Notes under the pieces: generated by a model
What the model saw: only the letters and a program-made list of their open reading frames with translations
What the model was told of the DNA's origin: nothing
Databases searched by the model: none
Assembly (NCBI GenBank): GCA_964270895.1
Contig: OZ185435.1
DNA from: Podarcis filfolensis
Taxonomy: Eukaryota
DNA: 64,000 nt
Direction: 5' to 3' (one strand)
In this document: one piece after another, positions 50,960 through 61,957 of the stretch
How positions within the stretch are numbered: the first letter of the stretch is position 1
Layout of the letters: every line of letters begins with the position of its first letter
Made by a program: the position numbers and the translations under genes

Positions 50960-51190
50960 GAAAGCGATGGCCTCCAGCTTGGAGGGCTTTAAAAGAGGAT
51001 TGGACAAATTCATAGAAAACAAGTCCATAATGGTTAGGTTCTACCTCCACTGCTGGAAGCAGTATGATTCTGCATATCAGTTGCTGGGAATCTTAGGTGA
51101 GCAGAGCATTGTTTTACTCAGTTGATTCTTGTGCCTGGGCACTGTGAGAACAGGCTTCTTGATTAGATGGCCTTGTCCTGACCCAGCAGT
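50960..51190 (+). mobile_element. Old CR1 3' fragment
   Basis: ASSLEGFKRGLDKFIENKSI (CR1 ORF2 end) followed by CR1 3' UTR. Confidence 0.75.
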
Positions 51191-51467
51191 ATGGCTCCAT
51201 ATCGACTCACAATTGCCATCCTTCTTTACTTGAAGCTGAGGGAATCATCTCTGTGGCAGTCTGGGTGCTGCTAAAGCGTGAGAGGTCTGTTAGCAGTCCA
51301 TTTAAAAGCTATTCACTTGGGGTCGGGTTTTAAACTGGTTTTAGGAATGATAGGTAAGAAGGAAGAAAGAGAGGATAGGACTTCTGCCTCCCACCCTGTC
51401 AAAGAGGGGGTAGCTGCTTGAATAAGTGTGGGAGGGGGCTGGCTTCCACAGTTTGGTAGTGGGCATA

Positions 51468-51691
51468 CAGTGGTACCTCGGGTTAAGTATTTAATTCGTT
51501 CCGGAAACTGTTCTTAACCTGAAGCAACACTTTAGCTAATGGGGCCTCCTGCTGCTGCCATGCCACCAGAGCACGATTTCTGTTCTCAACCTGAAGCAAA
51601 GTTCTTAACCCGAGGTAATATTTCTGGGTTAGCAGAGTCTGTAACCTGAAGCATATGTAATCTGAAGTGTATGTAAACCAAGGTACCACTG
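51468..51691. mobile_element. Tc1/mariner-type MITE, short class
   Basis: TIRs cagtggtacctcgg / ccaaggtaccactg; TA TSD. Confidence 0.92.
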
Positions 51692-53822
51692 TATCAAAGA
51701 TGGAGAAGTGATTATTTGTGAGATGGGATGCAACAGGAAATGGTATTACGTGCTATTAGAATATTTTATTTTATTTTCATCTGATCTGAGCCCTAGCTTG
51801 TCCTGGGTTTCAGAGGAAAAGCTGTAAAGTGAGAAGCATCATGCTCAGTCTTGTCTAATAGGATCCATCTTTTCACTTCTTTTAGCAGGAATTTTATTGT
51901 TTGGAGTCTTTTACCAGAAATTTGATCTCGTTTCTCCTTTTGTAAAAATTCAGTATCTAAGTCACAGAATGAGAAGCATCCAGTTTTTGCTTACAGAAGA
52001 AGGCAGTATCTTTGACAATATCTTTCATTCTTTATTACATGCAAGGTTTACTAAACATGATTTTAAAAAGAAAAAGGAAAAAAAGATATACAACAAAGTG
52101 TGCTTATATCACATATAAAGGAATGCATACATGATTTTGATGCCTTCTTTCTTAGTGACACTGAGAGGTGGGTATGCAGAAGATCATTATGTATTCTTCA
52201 CCATCGGTCAGTTGCTTAGTTACCAGTGAAATAGAGTACTACTAATAAAAGTATGCAGGAATGCTGGTAACATCTGAGCAGGACATCGGCCGTAGAAACT
52301 GTAGCAGCTAAGACATTTATAAACGTTGCCAAAAGGCAACTGACTTTAAAAAACAAAAATGGAAAGAGGAAAAAAGCTTGCAAAGCATTAACTTTCTTCC
52401 ATCAGTAATGTGATGTCTAGATCATCATCAACACCATTAGTTAAATGGTACTGATTCTGATGATCAGTCGTCAAATGATCCGGTGATAAATTCAGTATTC
52501 TGAGAGCATGGAGTAGCTATTCCCAGCAAGATAATATGCCGCAGTTTTATTTTAAGTACAGTTGTTGTTCAAATGGTGGCTATAGTAATTTTCTATTTGT
52601 ATAGCTCTGGTACATTTCCAAGTGCTTAATTGCTTTTAAGGATCTAGAGTTAAGAGGTACAGTTATTATACCAGTGGTGAGAGTGAAAAACAACCACCCC
52701 AGGATCAGTGAAAGTAGCATTGTCTCCAGTGAGTGCTAATTGCTCAAATTCTTGCATTCAGTTCGCATCTTGAGCCAAAGATCACAAATGAAAAAGCATC
52801 TCTTTCTTTGAAATAAAGACCGCTTGGGTGATACACTGAAGCCCATTCTGTTCTTAGCATCCTTCCGGGTAGGTGGTCTCCTTTCTTTTGTTAAGTCTGC
52901 ATCACAACTCAGATATCTGTCTGAATCTGGCAATGGCATGTCTTTTATGTATCAAGGCTGTTTCTTTTGGCAAGGAAACACTATCTGGCTGTTCTTCTGC
53001 CTTCAGATCAGGCTGTGCACATAGTGTATCAAATGTATTCTCCGCTTCTGTAGCAAAGGTCCAAAACTAGTTTGCGGTTTTTCAAAAAGGACTGCTGCGG
53101 TGCCATTCTTGAAACTCCTGTGTTTGTACAGTGAAAATATGCATTTATTTAAAACATTTTGATACTGCCCACATTCCAGGACTGTGTCGAGCATAAAAGA
53201 AATACAGATGCATACACAAGAACACATCAGATAAAACTTTAAAACAGATGAAGGCTGCAGTGCAAACCCCATTTGTCTGTTTTAAAAAACCCTTTGAAAT
53301 AAATAGGACATACTTCTGAGTAGGCATGGCTAAGATTGCACTGTCTAACTTGCACAGTTAAATCAAATAAATCCATGAAAATGTCCAGGTTAATGCAATG
53401 TTTATTTTGCTTCATGCCTAAACATTAGCGGGGTTGCTATTGTTGAGAAAGCTTTCTCCTTTGTTGATTATATTTGTGCATCTGGTGAAAGAGGTATATG
53501 GAGAAGATCCTGGGAAGATCTTAAAGAATGGGCAAGTTGATAGGATGAGGTATTTCTTTATTTATCTGGGTCCCAAGCTTTTGTGGGATTTAAAGACATA
53601 CATCTGAAGGCCTTAAGATCTTCAGAGGCCCTTCACCGGAGTTGTCCACCAAATGAAATTCAATGGGTGTTTATTAGACAGGAGACTCCTCAGTGGTAGT
53701 GGTACATTACCAGTTATGGAATGCCCTCAACACAGAGGTTCATCTGGCATGTTTGTTGTAGTCTTCTTGACCTTACAACATCCTAGTGATCTAAATAACA
53801 TTTGATATTTCTAGAGTATTAA

Positions 53823-53952
53823 GCTCCTTCATGGATCACTGCCTTGTCATGGTGAATGGGCTTGAATAACTCAGAAAAGCTATGAGCTATGCTGTGCAGG
53901 GCCACCCAAGATGGACAGGTCATAGTGGAGAGTTTTGACTAAACATGATCCA
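53823..53952 (+). ncRNA. Putative HDV-like self-cleaving ribozyme (degenerate copy)
   Basis: P1, P1.1, P2, P3 and P4 pairings, U-N-N-U-C-(G>A)-U L3 loop and C-U-A-A J4/2 all appear in HDV order; see findings. Confidence 0.6.
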
Positions 53953-54390
53953 CCTGGAGCAGGAATTGGCAAGCCACTCCAGTATCCCTGCCAAAAAAAC
54001 TCCATGGACAAAGACAACAGGCATATAAAAGTTATGATGCTGGAAGATGAGCCCCTCAGGTTGGAAGGCGTCCAACATGCTACTGAGGAAGAGCAGAGGA
54101 CAAGTGCAAGTAGATTAGGAAAGCCGAAAGGTCGCTCAGTTGCAGATATGCCTGGAAGCGAAAGGAAAGTCCAATGCTGTAAAGAAAAATATTGCATAGC
54201 AACCTGGAATGTAAGAACCATGAACCTTGGTAAGCTGGATGTCGTCAAAAATGAGATGGCAAGAATAAATATAGACATCCTGGGCATCAGTGAACTAAAA
54301 TGGACAGGAATGGCCGAATTCAGTTCGGATGACCATCATATCTACTACTGTGGGCAAGAATCCCATGAAAGAAACGAGTGGCCCTCATAG
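53935..54390 (+). pseudogene. Bov-B ORF N-terminus including APE endonuclease motifs (151 aa, truncated)
   Basis: TWNVRTM and DILGISELKW motifs of the APE family. Confidence 0.88.
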
Positions 54391-54592
54391 TCAACAAAAG
54401 AGTGGCGAAAGCTGTACTGGTGTGCAATCTCAAAAATGATAGAATGATCTCGATACAAATCCAAGGCAAACCTTTTAACATCACAGTAATCCAAGTTTAT
54501 GCACCAACATAAACTACCTGAACATGGCTACCTACCTGAATCTTATATTTTTATGTTTTCTAAGTTTTATATATAACTTACTTCAAGAGATA

Positions 54593-54942
54593 AAGGTAAA
54601 GGGACCCCTGACCATTAGGTCCAGTCATGACTGACTCTGGGGTTGCGGTGCTCATCTTGCTTTATTGGCCGAGGGAGCTGGCCTACAGCTTCTGGGTCAT
54701 GTGGCCAGCATGACTAAGCCGCTTCTGGTGGTCCAGAGCAGCGCACAGAAATGCCGTTTACCTTCCCACCGGAGTGGTACCTATTTATCTACTTGCACTT
54801 TGACGTGCTTTCGAACTGCTAGGTTGGCAGGAGCAGGGACCGAGCAATGGGAGCTCACCCCATCGTGGGGATTTGAACCGCCGACCTTCTGATCAGCAAA
54901 TCCTAGGCTCTGTGATTTAACCCACAGCGCCACCTGCGTCCC
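54593..54942 (-). mobile_element. Sauria SINE
   Basis: Full length; 14-bp TSD tacttcaagagata at 54579-54592 and 54943-54956. Confidence 0.95.
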
Positions 54943-56078
54943 TACTTCAAGAGATAGCCACCCATAAAACTTCCATTATTGGGTGTCTTGTGAATTCAGT
55001 AAGCAAGGAGGGAAAGAAGGAAGAAAAGAACCAGCAGCTTAAATTGGGCCCAGAAGCAAACAGCTGATTAAACTCTTTTACAATTGGAAGGAATGCAGTG
55101 GGTGCATTGGGCCATGCCAGTCAAAGTAATGGAAGTTGTGTTTTGGAAGCTGTATCTGAAATAATGGTAGATGCATTATCAGAAACTGATCAAAGTTTCT
55201 AAACTGCATTCAGTACATTCATAGCCATTCCTTATGGAAGCATGCCACCTAGGGATCATACTTCTGCTAGCACAGGGCTGGGGGACATGCCCCACTCTCT
55301 CTTCACTTTTCTAGGATTGCGCTTGCTGAAGCAGAGTGCCCAAAGTAAAAATGGATGGTGGCAGCCAGGAAGCTGTTGATCAGCCAGTTCGAACCTGTCA
55401 GATTTTACAGCATTTTCAGAGTCCTTGGAGCCAGCAACTTCTTACTGCTTGGTTACTCTCAGCACTATAGGGATCATTATTTATTTTATTATTACAGGTG
55501 GCAAATAGATACTGGCTCCTAGGATTATACAGTTGTCTTTCCCTCAAGCCTTATTTGTGCATTCTGCTAATGTGCAAAAAAGGGAGAGAGCCTACTTGTG
55601 AGCAGGGAGAATGGGGACAAATGCACTTCACTCTGCCCCTTCCATTAGCCACAAACTTATGGAAGCAATGGCTCATTGCTGTTATTGTGTTTTATGGCAA
55701 ACTGCTTTAAGTTTTGGGTTTTACTAAGAGGTATTAAAATATTTTTAAAAAATTTTTTGAGGCTACCCATGCAATACAGACTTCTGCATAATCAGGATTT
55801 TAAATCATATGGGAATCTTCCACAAGAAGAGGGGTGCTATGCTGTTGCAGCACCATGGAGAGTTCCTAGTGCCTAAATTGCTTTGACAAGGGTTGTAAGT
55901 AAGGACTTTTGAGACTCTGTCTCCAGTCCACTTCTCCATCTCCTTATGAAGAACTCTGGAGGGTCTTTTAAAAGGCCAGCCCCTTAACCTAGAGGCATAC
56001 TTCTCTGTGCTCCTGAATAGTGCACCCTCTGTGATATTGGACTGCTAAAGTACTATAGAAGTCACTTGGACCCTGTAG

Positions 56079-56395
56079 GTAAAGGTAAAGGACCCCTAGA
56101 TGGTTAAGTCCAGTCAAAGGCAACTATGTGGTGCAGTGCTCATCTCATTTCAGGCCAAGGGAGCTGGTGTTTGTCCACAGACAGCTTTCTGGGTCATGTG
56201 GCCAGCATAGCTAATCTGCTTCTGGTGCAACGGAACACCGTGACAGAAGCCAGAGCGCACAGAAACACTGTATACCTTCCCACCACAGTGGTATCTGTTT
56301 ATCTACTTGCATTGCTATGCTCTTGAACCGCTAGGTTGGCAGAAGCTGGGACAGAGCAATGGGAGCTCATCCCGTTGCACAGATTTGAACTGCTA
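56079..56395 (-). mobile_element. Sauria SINE, older/different subfamily, 5'-truncated
   Basis: Tail ggtaaaggtaaagg; extra central segment ggaacaccgtgacagaagccagagc. Confidence 0.85.
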
Positions 56396-57625
56396 AACCC
56401 AATGTGGGTGGTGACAGGAGGTGGAGCTTAGCACACTCTTCTGCTTGCATGTAGATTGACATACAGTTAAGAGCCCAAGATCCAGCGTGTTACTGGATGA
56501 TGTTATCCATGATAATTTTTATTTTGCAGACATAGCCATAAATATGAAGAAACCTACAGAAGTATGTTTTTGGAACTAATCAAGCACCCAGATATTAATT
56601 GTTATGTGTTTGAATTCATCAGCATACCCTTAAAATCTGTGGACTAACTTGAAAGGAATGTATAAAGAATGTTATACTTTATTTTTTACTGTTTCTCCGT
56701 TTCTTTCCTTTTTTTAAGTCCCAAGGACACATTAGCCTATTTAGTCACAGCACTAAGCTAGGAGCTAATACTTAAGTAGATTATCTCCCATGACTCTTTC
56801 AGTGCTTCACAGAATTGCTCTTTTCTGTGTAATACTCTATAGGTAGCCACTATTTTCCCATGGATTTAATACTTTAAATGTGGCTATCATAAAATGTTAT
56901 TTTGGAGGGTGGGTGACAGTCTGAGTAAGATACCTCTGAAATGAATAAATAGCAAACACCATTATATTTGTTTGGACTGGGTGTGGCAATGAGTCCTGAA
57001 AGGCAAATGAGTCAGGCAGCTTTGTAATACCCATGTGTGTGGGTGGGTGTAATTTGAGCCAATGCATCAGTTTAATGAAAATGGCAGAAATCAAAGGCAA
57101 AACAGGGGCAAATACCAAGGTAAAGACACAAAATTAGAAGTAGTGACACTGTAGATGACAGTTGGAAAAACAGTTCTGTGAACTGAAGCCACAGAACTGT
57201 GATAAGTTGCTTTGTTGTGAAATCTTTCACTTATGCAATTATTTGTGAAACAGGCCTAATAAGTACATTTGTTTCATTCACTCTTCTTTGGATGCAGCCT
57301 CCTGTAAGAGGATTTATCTGCAGTAAAGAGCATACATTCCAAGAAAGAATCTCAAGCAAGTTCACAATTTGAAGATTAGAAATCACCAGTCATGTGGACA
57401 GCATGTGTCAATCTTGCAGGATATCCTTTAAATTTCCAAGTATCTCGGTCCCAACAGCTCCTAGCTGTTAAGTAGACTGTTACAAGGTAGTGTTGATACT
57501 TTACTGCCTAACATAAGTAGCCAAACCCATTGTGGAGACATAGTCTAGTTTACTCCACCGTACCAGTTTCTGCATCTCCCAGGTTCAGACTTGCCTTCCC
57601 CATCTGCATAATACTGCCTCTAGAG

Positions 57626-57750
57626 CAGGAGTAGGGAACCTACAGTCCCCAAGATGCTGTTGGACTCTAACTACCATCAATGTCAACCAAAATTGTCAAT
57701 GGCAGCCATGATGTGATTTGCAGTCCAGCAATATTTGCAGGGCTACCTCT
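57626..57750. mobile_element. Short palindromic MITE-like repeat
   Basis: caggagtagggaacct...gatgctgttggactc...gcagtccagcaatatt. Confidence 0.5.
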
Positions 57751-58774
57751 GGCTTTTCTTTAGCCTCCTTTCTTCCTTCTGTAACTCCCTCAGAGATTTA
57801 TAAACCACACTTCATCACCTGCACCTTGTTTGAATTGATTTCTGGTTGTTCTACTCACAAGTAAGCAGCTGGTGTTGAAGCTCCTGCAATCTCTATTTCT
57901 GCAAAAACAAAGTTTCCACAGCGGTCCTGATGTTAATGTCAGTGCTGAAAATTGTGGTAGAACTGTGAAGCAACAGCTCATAGACACAACTCCATTGCTC
58001 TTAATTCTAAAGAATATTTTGCTGACAAGTTGGGGAAAGCTTGATCTCCCATGAAAGGTGTCGTGTAACCCACCAGATTTGAGAACTGTTTCCTAAATAG
58101 CTACCTGGGTGAACTGGATGGGCCATCTAAATTTCCTACGTCAAATTGGGAGTTTAATTTAAAATGCTTCCAAATGTGACTGTTATTACTGCACATTATA
58201 CAACCAGGTCTGCTTTGCACAGAACACAGCTGAATTAATGTGACATTGAATTTCTTTACTTCTGGGAATATAACACCTGTCAGTGCTGTAGTTTACAAAG
58301 TTCTGAAATTATCTGCCTCGCTTATCAATTTTGTGGAATTCACATTTTAGTAATCTTCATGACATCTTGCTGTGGTTTCTGCCTGAAAGGATTTGTGTTC
58401 TAGCCATTATCAGGAAAGGACTTTTCATACACAACTGGGATATTTACAAAATATTTTATTCTCCCCAGCCACTTTTCTTTTCTTTCCAGGTGTAATACCT
58501 CATTAGCAAACCTTTCCTGCACTAGCTGAGCCCTTATTTTTATTAATCATACATGTACGCTTCAAGTGAGGTGATTCTGGCCAATTTCAGAAACATACAG
58601 GATGCTGAGATATGTCGGAATAAATATAAATCGTGCAATATGTGTTATTTTCTACCACTGGAGATAAGAATTCTCATGATGTACTTGCTGTACTGTTACT
58701 TCTCTTCACATTGCAAAACCTGAATATTTTAGAATACCTTAGACAGCTCTGAAGATCCACCAGCCAGTTCCCCA

Positions 58775-58908
58775 GCATGGATAAATGCCCTACCTCAGGA
58801 CAAACGTTGGACTCCAACTCCCATCAGCCCCAGCCAACATGTCCAGTGATCAGGGTTGATGAGAATTGGAATTCAGAAATAGCTGAGGGCCACAGATTCC
58901 TCATCTCT
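58775..58908. mobile_element. Short palindromic MITE-like repeat
   Basis: gttggactccaactcccatcagcc...gagggccacagattcc. Confidence 0.55.
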
Positions 58909-58952
58909 ACCCTGTCTAGCATTCTGGCAATATCATATTGAAGCCAACCAAG

Positions 58953-59427
58953 TGTCAGGATGCTGTCAGTGGCTCCCAGCTGGTTGCCCAGGAAAGTTTA
59001 AAGACAAGGAAAAATTTCTTACCATCCTTTTTTATTTCAGTCTTTATAGAGAGAGGCTATAGAACCTAGCCTCTTGGATAATGGCATCCCAAATGAATTT
59101 CCACCCCATCTCTCCCACTTTCTCATTCTTCATTCACATCATCTCCTCTATGGGTCCTGCTACGTGCCCTCTGTCTTTCAGCTCTCTGCTGTCCTACTTT
59201 TAAGGCTCACAGGGTTCTGGGAGGTGGACAGTCTGGAATGCTTTCTAAAGACAACGTGTCAGCTGGGTGTTGTTCTGGCTCTCCCATGATTTCCCATCTG
59301 CCTCTGAGCTGCGACCTCCCTCAAACCCCCCTGTTGTAAATCTATACTGTCTTCCTCTTCCTCCTCCCTGGAAGGATCAGGATGGGGAGGCAGTCTCCAC
59401 CATTTCTCCTCTCCCCAGCCCCTGACA
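58953..59427 (-). mobile_element. Solo LTR related to 16633-17112
   Basis: TGTCAGG/CCTGACA termini; TSD ccaag/ccaat; on the minus strand TATA-like ctataaa and AATAAA near the 3' end. Confidence 0.85.
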
Positions 59428-59446
59428 CCAATACATGAGTGCTATA

Positions 59447-59688
59447 CAGTGGTACCTCGGGTTACATACGCTTCAGGTTACATACGCTTCAGGTTACAGA
59501 CTCTGCTAACCCAGAAATAGTGCTTCAGGTTAAGAACTTTGCTTCAGGATGAGAACAGAAATCGGGCTCCGGCGGCGTGGCAGCAGCAGAAGGCTCCATT
59601 AGCTAAAGTGGTGTTTCAGGTTAAGAACAGTTTCAGGTTAAGAATAGACCTCCGGAACGAATTAAGTACTTAACCCGAGGTACCACTG
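59447..59688. mobile_element. Tc1/mariner-type MITE, short class
   Basis: Perfect TIRs CAGTGGTACCTCGGGTTA; TA TSD. Confidence 0.94.
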
Positions 59689-59817
59689 TAATGCTTAAAC
59701 ATGATAGGCAGTTTTCCAGAACTGGAAAGTATATAAAAAGAATAATGAATGCAACCAGAAACTGCTGGAAGGGTAAGGACACTTTGGAATGGGTTCAAAC
59801 ATGGGAAAACCTTGGGG

Positions 59818-60071
59818 TAGGGGGTCAGCAAACTTTTTCAGCAGGGGGCTGGTCCACTGTCCGTCAGACCTTGCGGGGAGCCAGACTATATTCGGGGGGG
59901 GGGGGGAATGAACGAATTCCTATGCCCCACAAATAACCCAGAGATGCATTTTGAATAAAAAGACACATTCTACTCATGGAAAAACAAGCTGATTCCTGGA
60001 CCATCTGTGGGCTGGATTTAGAAGGCGATTGGGCCAGATCTGGCCCCTGGGCCTTAGTTTGCCTACCCATG
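59818..60071. mobile_element. hAT-type MITE
   Basis: TIRs as in 40360-40606; 8-bp TSD cctt(g/a)ggg at 59810-59817 and 60072-60079. Confidence 0.88.
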
Positions 60072-61224
60072 CCTTAGGGTGAATTTGGAGATGGAACCTT
60101 GAAGGACCAGAAGCCTACGAGCGAAATATGCTTCTATCTGTGGGATAGTCTCTTGCCATATCTTACATCTTTCATAGCATTAGAAGTACTTGCACTTGAT
60201 TAAAAGACATGAGAGTTTTATGGAGCTTGCAAGGAGTCTCTAAATTTCTCAGATCTCTATACGTATATCATATACCTTCTTCCATCTTATAGAAGAGCAC
60301 AGAGATGGATATATTTCCCTGCTGCTCTCCTACTCACCAGATTTGTGATGAGTGAGAGGCTATCATGTAGAATACATTGTTTTCATGAAGAGGAAATATC
60401 ACATAGTTAAAGTATCTATCAAGGAAAACCAACCTGTTATATAGTCTGTTTAACATACTGCTTACACTGCACCCATTGCAACCGCCCTCTTTTAGCAGAG
60501 GGGTGCTGTGCATCCAATCAGGCCATTATGATTTCAATGTAACTCTAAACAAAATACATAGGAATCTAAATGAATGTCTACCTGCCAACCAATCACCTTT
60601 TAATGTCTGTACAGGACTTTGTCTTTTGATATTAAGAAAAATACCATTAATATATACTGCTGTGCTCAGGCTAGGACCAATAATGCCCTATTTTGTTCAT
60701 TACTGAAATGCCTATTCTGTTTTATGCCCAATTGATATGCAGAACAAGTCACTTGTCCAGTCTTGTAAAGGATATACATTATCAGAAAGCAACACCTGCA
60801 GGACAAAAGACAGGTTAATTTTGCTGCTATGAAGCAAAGGAGATCATTATAAAGTCTGCAGTAACCAAACTCTGTGAAATAGCTGCATTAGTCATTAACT
60901 TTTCGGCACTAAAATTCATATCAAACTCAATTAACTACTACATATCTTTTAATGACATTTTTTCCAGATTTGGCTGTTGTTTACTAATATGATTTCCCAT
61001 CATAGCTATCTGTTTCATTGCTTCCTTTGGTGTTAATATTCAAGGGCTGATTTTCTTCAAAGAAAGTGGAGCAGTGAAAATCACATTTGCTAAATGTTGT
61101 CCTTGAATTATGTTCCTGAAATGTATGCATTAAAATTTTTGCTCTTTTGAAAGTCAAATACTGTAAGAGCATACAGTTAGTTGTTGAGGGAAATTTGGTC
61201 TGCAGCAGAATTAACAGAGATAAA

Positions 61225-61640
61225 GTATTATTTTTATTTTATTTAACCAAATATATAAACTGCTTGAGTATTTTATATATATGACAAATAAAATATAATA
61301 ATATAAAAGAAAATATTAAAAATATAAATATCAATAAAAACAAGTATTTTTAAAAATATTTTTTAAAAGATTAAAATCAATGGTAGTGAAAAAGAACAGA
61401 AACACATGTAACTCATATATGCCTTTGTGAGGTTGCCTGAACAAAAATGCTTTAAGCAGGTGCTGGAATGAGTACAGCAAAGTTGTCTGCCCACTGTCAA
61501 CAGCCAGGAAATATTTACCGGTATATGTGGTTCAACAGAGAATGTATATAAATGCACTGCCTGTTTGACATGTGCTGTCTTCAAGTGATATGAGAGAGTG
61601 TGCAAAACTGGACAATGCCAGTTGGGTAGTATGGACACTG
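61225..61640 (-). mobile_element. Degraded L2 3' fragment
   Basis: T-rich tail, aaactgcttgag terminus motif, and gcctgaacaaaaatgctttaagcaggtgc (reverse of the ORF end). Confidence 0.55.
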
Positions 61641-61957
61641 GTCAGTCAGTGTGGGCATTCTCCACTAGAGGACTCTACATACGTATGCCTGGGCAATGTC
61701 TGATACGTATGTGATACTTCTATGCATACATGTGACGTTTCTATGTACATTAACCAGACAACAATGAACAAAGCATCTCTGACCATTTCACATTCTCCAG
61801 TAGGTTGCGTGAAAGTGGCCTTTCTTTCTTTTTTCACTGCTTGTGAGTGGCAAAATGCCTATGTGCATGAGTTTTCAAAATGTTGTTGGAGAGGAGAAAT
61901 TCTCCATCACTTTTCCCAACCCCAGAACATTCTCTTCAGGATAAATGTTTGACTCAT

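Larger units (their letters stand above)
53823..54508 (+). mobile_element. Bov-B LINE 5' end (5' UTR plus start of APE endonuclease), 3'-truncated
   Basis: catggatcactgccttgtc... 5' UTR; peptide YCIATWNVRTMNLGKLDVVKNEMARINIDILGISELKWTG, then ITVIQVYAPT in a shifted frame. Confidence 0.93.

Noticed and set aside
61659-61677. CTCF-like motif CCACTAGAGGAC
   Set aside because: Mismatch in the core GGC; insufficient without ChIP or conservation data.
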